DNA of 63,877 bases, counting the filler, from Choristocarpus tenellus KU-1152 (lineage: Eukaryota; Protista; Phaeophyceae): NCBI GenBank assembly GCA_964200185.2. It is 10 parts of 10 records of this genome, joined end to end, with 100 filler letters (N's around TTAATTAATTAA, not from the genome) between each part and the next. Parts side by side here need not be neighbours in the genome. Positions count along the whole stretch, not along the records: positions 1 to 17,884 come from CAXNAD020000614.1; 9 more parts are not named here. One strand, given 5' to 3'. Each line of letters opens with the position of its first letter. Positions within the stretch are counted from its first letter, which is position 1. Positions 1 to 12,953 of this stretch are shown here, piece after piece. The position numbers and the translations under genes were made by a program. The notes under the pieces were generated by a model. It was not told the origin of the DNA, ran no database searches, and worked only from the letters and a program-made list of their open reading frames with translations.

Positions 1-160
1 GGGTGACTGGAAATGAGGGGCAAATGGGGGTTCGCCCGGGTTGGTCATCGGATGGAAGGGGTGACTGGAAATCAGTGGCAAAAGGGGTTTTGCCCTGGTT
101 GGTCATCAGAGGTGCAGTGGCTGGAAATCAGGGGCAAAGAGGTCGCACTGGTTGGAGTTG
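1..160. repeat. Degenerate tandem repeat, ~58-bp unit, ~2.7 copies (cut by window start)
   Basis: The unit ggtgactggaaat(g/c)ag(g/t)ggcaaa...ggttggtcatc recurs at ~2, ~60 and ~117. Confidence 0.75.
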
Positions 161-1287
161 CACACAGATGAGACATGGAGGATCACGACTCTTCTCCTGT
201 GAAAAACCTCGTCCTGCCAGAAGAGAAACAGCCCTCCAGACCATATACTGGACGACCGATGGACGGATTTAAAAGTAGCTTGATTTTAGTGAGGAAAACC
301 GCCCTCTCGTCCATCGCACCACAACCAACTCCAACTATCTAATAATGTTACAAGTGTTCCAAGGGTCAAAAATCTGATCCAATAGGAAAAATTCTGTCTT
401 AGAGGCGACCGCCAACGAATTCTATAAAACTAATTGAGAAAAATATTAAGAATCCACCACACCACAGCATGGTGTCCATTCCCCACTCTGTTGTTGGGTG
501 ACTGCTTCATAAGTGAATAAAACATGTCATTAATATTCTTCTAGATGCTAAACAGTCAATGGAACAATGTGTTCCTATTCTGCAAAAAACTTGAATGTAC
601 CAAAATCGAGACATTTCTACTTAGTCCACTAAATTCGTTGTTTACTGTGTTTGTTCAAGATGTCGAAGAGTTTAGAAGTAGTTCCGAAAATGATTGGTCA
701 CTAATGAAGCATTGTGATGGTGTGTTTGTGCATAATATCCAAAAGTTCGAAAGTACTTGAAATGAGAATAGAAAACCAAGCATTTCTTGAACTATTTCTG
801 AAATATGAAAACATTTGAGGAAAGCATGTTTGTCTGTTCTTATACCGTTATTACCGTATGAGATATACCGTTATACCATTGAATCGATTGAGGTTCCTTG
901 TCAAGCATCCATGATTTCACTGGCGGACCTTCCGTCAGAATGAAACCATGAAATCTCTGCATGAGACCAACCCCACAGACTTGGGACAGTTCGTCATTCA
1001 GAGTTGTCACACATGGAAGATCCACTTTGTACTCATGTCTTGACTTGTAGTCTTGAGGCCCTTCTTTGAAGATGCTCATGACACCTCAATTTACACTTGT
1101 CCAACCTTACTTAACCTTGTACCCTCGGTTACGGTTCGTCTTTGTTTGTCTGGTCCGTCTTGCCCAGTGATTCTCTTCATCACCCTTGCCTGCGTGAACC
1201 ACGCCGCCACAGAATCACAGGATTTACACATTTGTTGATATCTATAAAATGTTAAACAGATTAAACAACGAATGTTGTGGAGGAACA

Positions 1288-2120
1288 GTTTTTGAGAACT
1301 GGCAGTTGCCTTTTCATCCTTAAATTATGATTTTTTCAGAAAGGTTATAATTGTCTTGATTTTTGTAACACCGCATTTAATTTTGGAAGAGGACCATAAC
1401 ATTTTGTTGACCATTTGACATGTAGAAGAACTTTCATTACAGAACACCCAACAGTTGTATGTTTGGAAAGGGCCATTTCCATAGAAATTGAACAATGGAT
1501 CACATTAGTCCGTCCACTTCCAGTCCGACCCACCTTTCTCATTTTAGCATCGAATCTCTTCTGAACTATCAGTCACCACAACAATGATGGCAGAAAAGTA
1601 ATGCAGAGGCAGGCGTGGAATATGGTTGACCTGGCCGTCCCAAAAGTGTCATGTTGGGACTAAGAAGGCTTTGTGGTGGTATGGTTGTCGACTATGTCCG
1701 TGGGGAAGTCTGATATGTTGAAAAGTGCTGCAAATGTGAAAATAAACAGTGACCAAGCATTTTCGGACCTATTTCTGAACTCATTAACACCTTCGAAATA
1801 AAGAAAGTGGATTTAGTAGAGGAAGAGGTTTTGAGAACTGGAAAAGGTCGTTTTGTCCCTGAACGTGATTTTATTGAAAAGGTTGTCATTGTCTTGATTT
1901 TTTTAGTGTTGAGTTTTTTGGAATAGGAACAAAATGCTTTGTTGAACGTTTGACATCTAGAAGATTCTTCATCACACATAAAGCCACAATTGTTCATTGG
2001 TCAAGCATTTGAGCACAACTTGACTCAAGAATCATACACATCTATTCAGTTCCAGTCTGACCCTCCTTCACCATTATTTGAGCATTAAATCGCTTCTGAG
2101 CACCAGTCACCGCAACAACA
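1288..2120. repeat. Diverged ~300-bp direct repeat pair (~1288-1585 and ~1828-2120)
   Basis: Colinear shared blocks: ttttgagaactgg...attgtcttgattttt...tttgacat(g/c)tagaaga...ttccagtc(c/t)gaccc...cagtcacc(a/g)caacaa, spaced ~540 bp apart. Confidence 0.7.
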
Positions 2121-4329
2121 CATTGAGTTAGGTATACTAGGATAGTAACACAATGCTCTTTATCGACCTCAAAATGCCAACAGAGCACACATGCGTGCAC
2201 GGTATGGTGCTAGACAGGGCCTCATTGCACCAAGTTTTTCACCAGTACCAAAGTACAGTATTCATGACAAAATTCCATTTCAGGTCTCCTTTACAGAACA
2301 GGATGCCAAGAAAAAAACAAACAGGAAATGGCACTCTTGAGTTTCAATGAGCGACTCTTAATTCAAGAGATCGTGTGTTGATTGTGGTGTTTGAGAAAAT
2401 TGATGATGTTAAGATATGATTGTTGGTAGATTTCTCCTATTTGTTACCAGCGCAAAAACCTTCCTTTTTCTCTCTAGTACATCATCCCTCCATTTTTGAA
2501 CCCTCTTTGCCACACCCATGGGATTCACCCCCACTTATGGAATCCTCCCTCCATTAAGGGAGCCACCCATTTTCTCCAGGACTTTACACCAAATCGGCAG
2601 TTAGCAAGGCTTGCCTGGGGGACTAGGCTGGCCCGCATCCCACTCACTTCACAGTTTCTGAAGGCCAAACCCTGTCCAGCCCCATCATCAGAAGAAAAGT
2701 CACCCTGACCAACCCGTGGCTTGGTCCATTCTCATTATCTGAAGGTCCGGCCTAGCCCTGCCAAAAGATACACCATTCACCCATGCCAACCCATAGCCCA
2801 GTCTGGTCCTGTCAAGAAGACCTTGCCCCAGCCCAGCCTATTTAAACTGCATTTCTTGGATTGACTCTGTCTATAAAAAATCAGTACACAACCAGGTGCT
2901 CATGACCTTTTCCAAATAATATTTGTTATCGTAACGTACAGAAATCAAAAGTCAGAACCCTTTTCTTAAATATTACTGAGGTCTATGTTCAAGAATGCAT
3001 CATACATACATATACCACATTTATTCACGTTTTTCACGTTTTTCACGTTTTTCTTTTACGCATGTAGTCATCCTGGTTTAAATTGAGATCCTGTCCGGTC
3101 CTTCCAAAATATACTCAGCCTAAACCCACCCACAGTCCAGTCCTGCCAAAATTTCAAAAGTTCTGATCCTGCCCTTCCAAACAACTACACTACCAGATCA
3201 GCTCGCAGCCTGTGCTGACCAAAATTCCTATGACATAGTCTAGCGCTGGAAAAAAAACTACTGAGCTGGAATGTAGCACAGCCCTGTCTCAAGTACAGGC
3301 TCCAGTGTGAAATCCTGCTTTTTCAATCCATTTTGTGGGACATTGACCAATCGATTTTCACTTTTTCCACAAAATGGCGTGTGTCAGGGGGAAGTTAGGG
3401 CACTCTAACAGGAAAATTTACCAAGTAATTCTCAGACATATTTCAATAAAGCAAAGTCTAGCCATTTTTGTGCAATATGTAAGTATCATGGAACTTTTGG
3501 CCTATAGCACTACGCAGTACATGACACAAATATATTCATTGGTCGATGCTTCCAAGTATGCACCACATTGTGGGTGATGTAGTATCTTGTAGCAAAATTC
3601 TTAACAGACACAAGTGTCATGAATAAGGTAGTTTCGCAGATCTACGTAAACTTCATTTCTCACCTGACAAGACAAGTGCATCTTTGGTCCAACATTGCTT
3701 AATACATCAACCCATGACAGCATGCACTGTGTGGCAGTACACGACACTATCACACACTGTTGTAAGTGCAACTTCAACAAACAGGTCAAAGGTTCCCCAA
3801 TAATGCACAAAAATGGTCGAGTCTGCACGGCTTGGAATACCTGTGGGAGTCACGTCGTGATTATGCCTCATAATATGCCCCAGCTTGCGTCTGACTTTCT
3901 TCACTTGAGCAACAAATGACACCTTGGAAAACAAACTTGTCACAAGAAATATTAACAAAAATGGGGAGTGGCTCCCATAATAGAGAGGGGGGGTTTTCAA
4001 GCGGGGGATATCACATGCATGGCATCTTCACCACACCCTTCCCGGTAGGTACTTGGGCAACAAGTTAGATTGAAGACTGCTCGCTCACCCCCTCATGCTT
4101 TGATAGGGGCAATATAGTGACATATTCAATTTGTTTCAATTGTTCCTGACAAAAAACGCCGGTGTAGCTGGCTGTACCACATTCCCTCACCTCCAAGATT
4201 AAGCAAAATACTTCGTTCGGAATAAAGTGTATCATACATTTCGCAGCCCCGATGAAGAATCAAGATTTTTGTTCACATGTTCATATTTACGGGTGTAATG
4301 TACTGACACACTAAAGGGTTGCCCATCAA

Positions 4330-5650
4330 ATCTCAATCAAAATGGGCCAGCATACCCCTCCCTATGATTCCGCCCCCGAAAAACTCCGAAACTCCATTCC
4401 AGCACGGTATTTCACTGCATCCACCAGTACACTCGGGAGGAGCTTGCCTGCCTTCTCAGCCTTTTCCTTGCTAAGAAGGGGAATTTGAAGACCTTTTCGC
4501 CCTTGGTCTCCAGCACTTCACTGTAGGACTGCAAAGAGGCTCTGCCAGATGTTCTCTTGTGTCTCCCAGGGGTACACATTGAACACCTCCATTGTGGCCT
4601 CCACCAGCTCCTCTGTGTTGGTCGTCCCATGTCTTCCTTCAGTTACTGGACGAAATGAAAGAATCCCAGGTTGTTGACATTGAGGTCAGGTGTGCTGACA
4701 GGCTGGGTATCTAGGATAATGTTGTTCCCCACTACCTCCTCGATTGTCTCCATGATCACCCTTGGTGTATGGCTTTGCTCCGTCCTGCAGCACAAAGATG
4801 GTGTGCCCTTCCAGTCTAGGTATGCAAGCCTTGACTGCCAGTATGGCATCCTTAATCATGAGCTTCATAAACCTCTCCCCACCCACCGTGGCTGGCACAA
4901 GCACCTTGGTACCCTTGGGGTGGTGTTTGCTGGAGCACTGAGTGACCTCGGTATCCAACATTGGTCAGATTCAAATTTCCCCATAGAACCACACCCTGAT
5001 GGAGAGCTTCCTAGAGCGGCCCACAGCTCTAAGGAACATTATCTTCCTAATGCAACGCTTATTCTGTGCCTGTGAGGGGTTGGGGGGGTCCTCAGTGGGG
5101 TGCAGATACACACCTTGCCCATCTTTGAGAATGTAAAACCTCTTCTTGTCCACATGCACCCACTCAAATAGTTCGTCCACTAGCACCCCAATTCCTTCCC
5201 TCCTGTGCGTGGCTAATAACAAAACACACCCCGTTGACCTTCTGCTGGTCTGAGAGGACTGACTTAATCCACTGCTTGACCTTCACCTTTTTGCACTTGC
5301 ACAATCCCACAACATGGCAAGGGAGACCCCAGCGTTGGCCACCAATTTGTGGAAGGATGTGCGGTAAACCAACAAGAGATCCCAGACATAGAGGATACTC
5401 GTACAACAGTCACATTGCCCATTACGATATCATACAAAGTCCACACATTCACCCCATGCGATCTGGTTGTCATGCTCCTTGAGATGATGGAACAAGACGA
5501 TTCGGGAAACTCCGAAGTCCTCTACAATGGCTGCTGCCGTCCCTCAAGGCATCTGAGTCTCGCACCCTCTTGCCTTCGGGCATCACGCCACCACACTTTT
5601 CCTTGTCAGGGTGTTCAAGTCCTGACACTGGACAGACTTCTGGACTGAAG
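4330..5650 (-). mobile_element. Decayed Tc1/mariner-superfamily (DDxD-type) transposase pseudogene
   Basis: Minus-strand fragments in several frames: WVHVD(K)KRFYILKDG, KIMFLRAVGRSR..WFYGEI, SSKHHPKG, IFVLQDGAKPY, TQPVSTPDLNVNNLGFFH. These match the WVHVDEKWF / QQDGA.PH / QP.NSPDLN..DLGFF motifs of plant/stramenopile mariner-like elements. Multiple frameshifts and stops; element ends not defined. Confidence 0.88.
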
Positions 5651-5944
5651 AATTGGGACCTGCAGGCGACGATAGGATGAGCGAGCCACTCGAATGATGG
5701 AGGGCCTTCACCCTAGGCATCCCAATAAACACCGCTTTGACAGTTTTATGAGATTCTTGAACCCTGTCAAACACAACCTGATCAACTTTGAAATGGATAT
5801 CCTCCACAGTCATGACAGCCCATCACCTCAAACATTGCACGCCTCCCAATCTATGTAAGAGCTAAGCCTCATCCAGAGGGTTATCACGTGGATTGTTTGT
5901 GGGCAAGAACAGAGCTTGCAAAATTTATGTTACATTTAATTCTG

Positions 5945-6090
5945 AACAAAGTAGTAAGTAATAGTCGCCTAGGGAGGGCAGACCTGTCTTTCACTGCATT
6001 TAGGACAAGACAGCTAAACAAAGTAGTCAAGAACAGTCACTGAGGGAGGACAGAACTGCTGTTCATTACATGCAGGACATGATATGCTCA
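5945..6090. repeat. Two diverged tandem copies of a ~72-bp unit next to the transposase relic
   Basis: aacaaagtagt...agtc(g/a)c...agggaggg(a)caga...ttca(c/t)t(g/a)cat...aggaca occurs twice. Confidence 0.65.
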
Positions 6091-6677
6091 GTACAGTGGG
6101 TCCCTACTAAAAAACAGAGCTAGAACACTAATGATTTTTTCCTGGGTGGGACAACAATAAAAGAGATTTAAGAAGATACCTTATTCTGGCAAGCCTCAGA
6201 CAAATCTGGAAAATACTCCATTTCTACCAACTAAGAATCGGTTAATGGCGGAACGGCATGTCATGACATTTACCACTAACAATGTAACAGATTTCACATA
6301 TGCTGTCAACACTTCTTACATACACCATATATCTGCCAAAACAAGACAAAGAAACGACATGTTGTGGGACAATGACATTATGGCAACATGGTCCCCTCTA
6401 TTGTAACTGAATCCAGATGGCAAGGCATAAAAAGGCGGTCCTGTACGATATATAAACACAAGCAACAACCAAAGCACCCTAACTAGGTGGTGGGAAATAG
6501 AAATTAAAGTCAATCGGACCAAATAGAGCAATATAAAAAACATGGCCATAAGCTCTTCTTGTTGGAAGAAAAGAAAACAAATAGTTGCTTCAGCAACACT
6601 GGTCAGTCCGGACCTTACCACCTGTTGCCAAAAATTCTCTAACACACAAAATGACATGCTTTCTGCCCCGCCCCTCC

Positions 6678-9600
6678 TCACAGTTCCTCGATCAACTTCT
6701 TGCCTCCCTTCATGGGCCTTGCTGAGGTCCCCCCAGTCTCTCTAGAACCTGCTAATCCTCTCACATCAGCTCCTGCAAAAATTGCCCCTCCTACCCTCAA
6801 TCCCTCCCCCCCCCCCCCCCCCCCTACCCCCCTCCCCCCCCCTCCCCCCCCCCCCCCCCCCCCCACCCCCCCTCCNNNNNNNCTCCCTCCCCCCTCCCGT
6901 TACATCTCTACCCACCTCTCCCACCTCACTGCAGGCACCAACTTCCCCAACCTCTTCCTTCTCACCCCCCTCTTGTGGCTCGGTCTGTCCAACTAAGCTC
7001 AAAGATGCAAGTTGTTCAAGTATGGTCAAGGAGGAGGGTTCAGACCGGGTGGTGCACAAGGAAACAGGTGACTGTACAGGACCTCCTTTGCTCGCACCCA
7101 ACAAACCCGTATCCTTGTTATTGCTGTTGCTCCCTGTCACCTTTCCAGCACCCCCTGCCACTGCCACAGCTGTCTCATGGCTCTTACCCTCCTCCAATGC
7201 TGATTTTCTACCTTCACTTTTGGCTATCTTCCCAGCAGTTTGTAGATGAGTAGGTTTCTGCAACATATTGACAATGGACTCTCCATCATCATAGCTGCCC
7301 TCATGACTACATGCATCAGAAGAGGTTGAATCTGACTCCGACTCCGACTCTGACTCTGACTCAGACACTGATTCTGATGAATAGGTGGAGGAGGAGGAAC
7401 ACAGTGAATATAAACATGGGTTCTCTTCCCCCTCCCCCACTCCCTCTTTTTCATTTAGTTCCAATGCAGCCGAGGCCTCAAGTCGTTCCAGGTCTAGGCC
7501 CAGGTCCCCTTTCCTCAAATACTTGACAACCTGTGCGTATCTGGTGGCAAAGGATGCAAGAGTTGACTCTGACACCTGCGAACATCGATTGGCAATGTGT
7601 GGTCAATGACAGGGATGAGGTGGGCAGGAAAGCTGATCAGGTGAGCAATTTCAGACACTGCAGGTATCCGGGGGATGGAAGGAAGAAAAGGATGTGCAAG
7701 GGGAGGTTGAATCTGGTAAGGGATTAATGAAAGAGGTTTGGAGTGGTGGGACAGGGTTAGGTGTGTGACAACATCAGGCTCTAGGTGGGGGAGCAAGAGA
7801 TCCCTTAAGGATAGAGCTGAGAACAAGAAATGCTGTAATGGAGAGTCCACTCTGTAACTGGAAGGAATATGGCTTGCCAGGATCAATACTTCAGGGGCAG
7901 GGGCTGTCATCATGGAGTGGCATGGCACTGAACTGATATAATTATAATGGCAGCTTGTTTCTTTCTGGAATCAGATAAAACACTTTGAGATTGCCCCGTT
8001 GTTTTGCATTCTCACTCCTGCGTTGCCTCATGCACTTATAAGCAGAAGCAAGTTCCACGGCAAGGGGGCCAGGGGGAAACCAAGGTGTGGCCAATATGTG
8101 AATGACTCCAGTCATGCAAAGTGCAGCGGTAGCAGGGTGGCAAATGTGTGCATGATGGGGTAGATCATGGGGGTTCAATTGGAGGTTACACAAGCGCGTG
8201 ATACACCATGAAGGGATGTATGTGTGGATTGATTAAGAACTCATGCACCTTTTGGAGCCACACACAGTAATCCTCAATAAAGAGCTTGTTCAGCAAGTAG
8301 TGAACTTCCGACTTCTCCATGATGCGGTACACCTGCCAAAGCGGACATAATATCAGCATTGGAAAACAGTCAACAGCACCAATGGAATTGCCATGAGATG
8401 AACCATATTTCTGGAAAATAGCAATGGAATGCAAATATGAAGAATTCAAGCAAACATCCCTTGTTTCAGAGCTTTCAGAAAAGCTAAAGAGGGAAAGGAA
8501 GGGAAAAATTCTAACAAAGGCCATAAATAAAGAACAAAGTAAAACCTTGTCGCATCTTCCTCCTTCCAGCTCTACATATATTAGCTGCACATGACACACT
8601 ACACAGGTCTGCTTTTTGATGTCCTCTCTATGCTCCTCCATTCTTCTCTCAAGAACCATACCACCTCCCCAATTCCCGCCTCCATCTCTGTCCCAGCTTC
8701 TGCCCTATGACCTTCCAATCAACCTACGACCATCCCCAATACCCTCCACTTTCGCCATCCCTCCCTCACCTCTCCCTCACAACGCACCTACCCCATACCC
8801 ATCCATGCCCCTGCCTCACATGCAACCCTCCCATCCCCCCCAATCCTTTCCCCACTGAAAAAAGACAAGACAAAAAGCAAAGTCTACTTTCAGTGTTCAT
8901 AGCTTCAGACACTTCTTACAATATACTCACTTGCAGCATGCAACGAAGAACAACACGCCTTTGCCCCCCAGCAAGTATTTGTGCAACATCTTGCACCAAT
9001 AGGGTGGAAAGGTCCCACACACGCAAGTATGGGAAGATCAGGCTACGACGGACACATGCCTTCATCATTTCCAACAATCTCCATTCATCAGAGGTGAGGG
9101 CACCACCATGGACATCACTGTTGCTGTCAGCAACACCACCACCAGAGGATGATGATTTCACATCATCAGTTGTAGTAGCACTGAAGGCCAGGGTGTGAGC
9201 AGGAATGACAGTCTTGGGGATTCCGGGCTCAGGTACCTAGTTGTGGGGGTGATTCAACACATCAGCGGTAGAGGTAGTGGGGGGGCATGAGCCTTGGTTA
9301 TTGCAACAACTGAAATGATGAACAGAAGATACTCCTTCGATTTGCACAGCATACCCTGGCATTTGGACTTTGGCATGACTGGGGAGAGCTTTGTGCACAT
9401 TTTGCAATCACTCACAAGTTCCATATTTTTAAAAGCAGATCAACAGTCAAATTTAGGTGCAGAAATCAGTTGTAGTTCGTGATACTCAGTTGCCATGAAC
9501 TAAAAAACTGGATGGGACATGTAATGAGAGAAGATGTTTAGTTCTTTGTTCTGTCTTTCCTCTCCTTTCCTCCAGCCGAAGAAATCAAATCCCCCTTGCC

Positions 9601-12600
9601 ATAGGGTTCACCATAACTCTCTATCCTAAACCTGGCATCCCTACCCTGCTCCCAACACATTCTTCTCCAAACAACCTTTCCAATACACACCCCTAAATTT
9701 TACAGGTTCAAACCCCATTGACAACAGACTTCTTTTCAGGGAAATCTGGTTTCGATTATCCCAAGTCAACATCACTACAGTATGACATCTAGCCATTACT
9801 TGTGCCCCACTTCCCAAGACTTGCCTCCAGCCAGCTGAGCAGAGGGCTCAAGGTAGCAATAGTCCAAGGACTCTCCACAGTAGGATCACCACAAGTGGTG
9901 CGATGGTCATACACATAACCAAAAAGTATATCCCCCAGTCCCAGCAGAGCTTGTTCCTCTTCTTCACCTCCAGTTGGCATGAGATATTCCCGGTTAGGTA
10001 GGAGTCTGTTTGGCAAGATTCATACAGCAATTTTGTTCAGGGGTGTTGAGGGCAATGCATTTGATTGGGCTAATTCAACTAGGACAACAGAGCTTGGTCT
10101 ATTATTGCACTTTAATCACATTGGCATTTGCATCAGAAAATATATGGAGTGGTTTAGGGTGCGGCCAAGAGCAGAAATCGTCAGATTGTACAAACTTGCA
10201 CTTTGTTTGCAAATAAGTAGAGGCAGGGGAATGTTTGGGAAGGACCGGCCCGTTCGCTTGTGGTCTTGTCCGCTGCTTGATATGATATATAAATCTTATG
10301 GATTTCAAATATGTGACAGACAGTTGTAAATACACGTATGCCAGTGTATAGGCTCAGTCTGAAGTTGAGGTATTTTCAGCACCCAGGAAAATCATCAGAA
10401 AAAGAGTACTTAGCGGAATGCTTACAAGCACTGGGGCAGCAGATCAAAACATAACAGCAACTGATATTTACTGTCTGTGCCATGAAAATGCCAGATAGGT
10501 GAAAAAAATTCCCTACTCAGTGCATCTCTTTTACTCGGTAGAAATTCTCAGAGTATAGTGATAATTTGGAGATACTGCTAGAAACAAGTCAAAATTGTAG
10601 GTATAGAAAAGATACATCTCAACCCAAAATCATACCTCTAACCACTGTGCACCAGCAAAGTCCTCAGCATTTCGTCTTGACATTAGCATGACTCCTCAAA
10701 TATGACCAAAATATGCAAGGGTTCAACCCACTTTGATCTTTCATACGGGACACTGCCACAAAAAAAGGCAGGAGCAACTTCCACAGTTTCTCTTTTTCCA
10801 GAGAATAGGGAGGTTGATTCAATTAGCTATGGTAGGCTCCAATATGCTACATTGAAAACCTTCTCACAAATGTACACCAACAAACATAGACACACAAGAA
10901 CATGCACACACACACACCTCAGCTGCTCCTCCTCTTCCTCTGTGAAACCATCAAAGGAGATCACACCCACTCCGCCACTGGCACTCTCACAGCCTACCCC
11001 TTTCCCCACCCCCACGTCTACCCCCACAGCCTTCCCAACTCCTGACTCCCCCTGAGCCCCAGCCCCTTCGTCCATCACCTCCCCACCTTCTACCAACACT
11101 GTCACTGCCACGGTGTCCATCCCTTTTTCAGAGGAGGCAGCTAGTGCTGTGTTTGTCATTCCATCTCCTGCAAATCCAGATCTCCCGAGGGAAGTCTCCC
11201 TCCCGGCAATAGCATGAGTGTCTAGGGCAAGGGCCTCAGGTTCCTCCTGGTTAGGCATCTCCAACACCAACTGTTGTGTGGAAGGCGGAGGAGGATGGGA
11301 TTCCACAGGGAGAGTACATAGGGATGAACCTGTTCCAACTCTTTCCAGCAAACAGGGATCAGAAGCTGGGCCAGAGGTGGTCACCCCAGGATTTGGGGGG
11401 GGGGCAGCAACTGTGTTGTACCAGTGTGGAATGTGGGCCATAGCCTCCAACAAGATGGGATCCGATTCATCTTCATCTTCGACCAGGTAGAGGTCCGCCA
11501 GGTAGCGATCGGGATTGAACATGCTATTCTCATGAGAAATGCGAAGGGCTGGGAATGCAGAGAAAGGTAAGGAGGGAAGGGGAAGGGGAAGGGGAAGGGG
11601 AATCGTGAATGAACAGCGATGCAAAAATTTCTTCCTGTAGTGTAATTTGGTGGTCCAAGCAGACGCTTGAGACTTCGCAAAGTAACACTTGCGCTCATAG
11701 TAGGTAGGGGGGTAAGGGGTAGAGAAGGTAGGATACGTGTATTTTTCAACTGTACTGGTCTGAGCACTTCTGGTGTGTGTGTGCAGGGGTATCATCGGGT
11801 GAAGCGTGTTAGTTTCACTTGTGTATGCAATCCCAACTCCCCGCCATGGGGAGGTGGCTAGTCTTGACTCGCAACCCACCCACAAATATACCATACCTGC
11901 ATTACACAGACAATTTCCACAACAGTCAATCTATGCTCCCCCTTGACTGGAAGGCGTTCTTACAATACTGATTTCGGCAAAGTGGTGTGCAGCTGCAAGT
12001 CAGGTGTGACACAACACCAGTTTATCCCACAACCCTCCCCCTCCTCTCACATCAAAATGACACACTGTCCACTACAAAAATACTTGGCACATTCAACGTA
12101 CGGCCAAGGATATTGTTTGTAGTAACTACCTCCATGAAGTCCTCCTGGTATGAGTATAGTTATGAGTATAGTTATTGAGATGCACGCCTCCCACCCATCA
12201 ATCAACATATTGAGGCACATCTGCTAGGTACCAGTCCCACATAAGACTAGTACCTCAGTGGTATAGTGGTATCTCAGAAACCTGAGAAAATCAAATACCA
12301 AGGCACTGCCCGGCTTACTTTGTGAGCTATTGCCCCAATGGTCTCCACCTAGTCCCCAAGCAGACATCTCAATCTTCGACTTTCCCCTTGAGGGCGCCCA
12401 GGACCCCATACAGTCCATGTCCATCCTTCCACTGATGAGAGAATTGGGAAGCACTTCAATTGGGCTTTAAACCTACAACCTCAGACATTTTCTACATGCA
12501 GACTTGGCACATTGCACCACCATATACCACTGAGGCCCTACTCTTGTGAGTAACTTGTCCCTCACTGATTTGGTAGTGTCTCAACATCTTAAAACGCCAT

Positions 12601-12914
12601 GACAAGGAGTTGCCACTTGACTCCCTCACTGCTGAGGCGTGGTATCTTGATAACTTGACCAAAACTAGAAACCAGCTTGATCAATGGGCCACTACCCATT
12701 TAGTCCTCACCCAGTCCCTAAGCGATCATCTCAATCTCGGCGTTTCCCCTCAGTCCACTTTCATTCTTGTGCCATGAAGAGAGTCAGAAAAGCAGCCCAA
12801 CCATGGTTCAAACCCCCAACCTCTAATATTGTCAAGATGTTGAGATACTAAACCACTAAGACACTAGTCTCACACGGAACTCTCCAGTTCTATCCCCATT
12901 GCCAAATGATAATG

Positions 12915-12953
<39 letters not shown>

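Noticed and set aside
1-272. Gly-rich ORF 3-272 as a collagen-like protein
   Set aside because: It derives from a ~58-bp tandem repeat whose period does not keep frame, and there is no sustained Gly-X-Y pattern.
6700-7249. Plus-strand poly-Pro ORFs (extensin/formin-like)
   Set aside because: They are antisense shadows of the G-rich last exon of SHQ1 and include an N gap.
11549-11894. N-terminal part of the 355-aa ORF 10827-11894 as coding
   Set aside because: SHQ1 similarity starts after the pyrimidine-rich acceptor at 11548; the upstream part, including the (CCCTTC)n PLPLP run, is intron.
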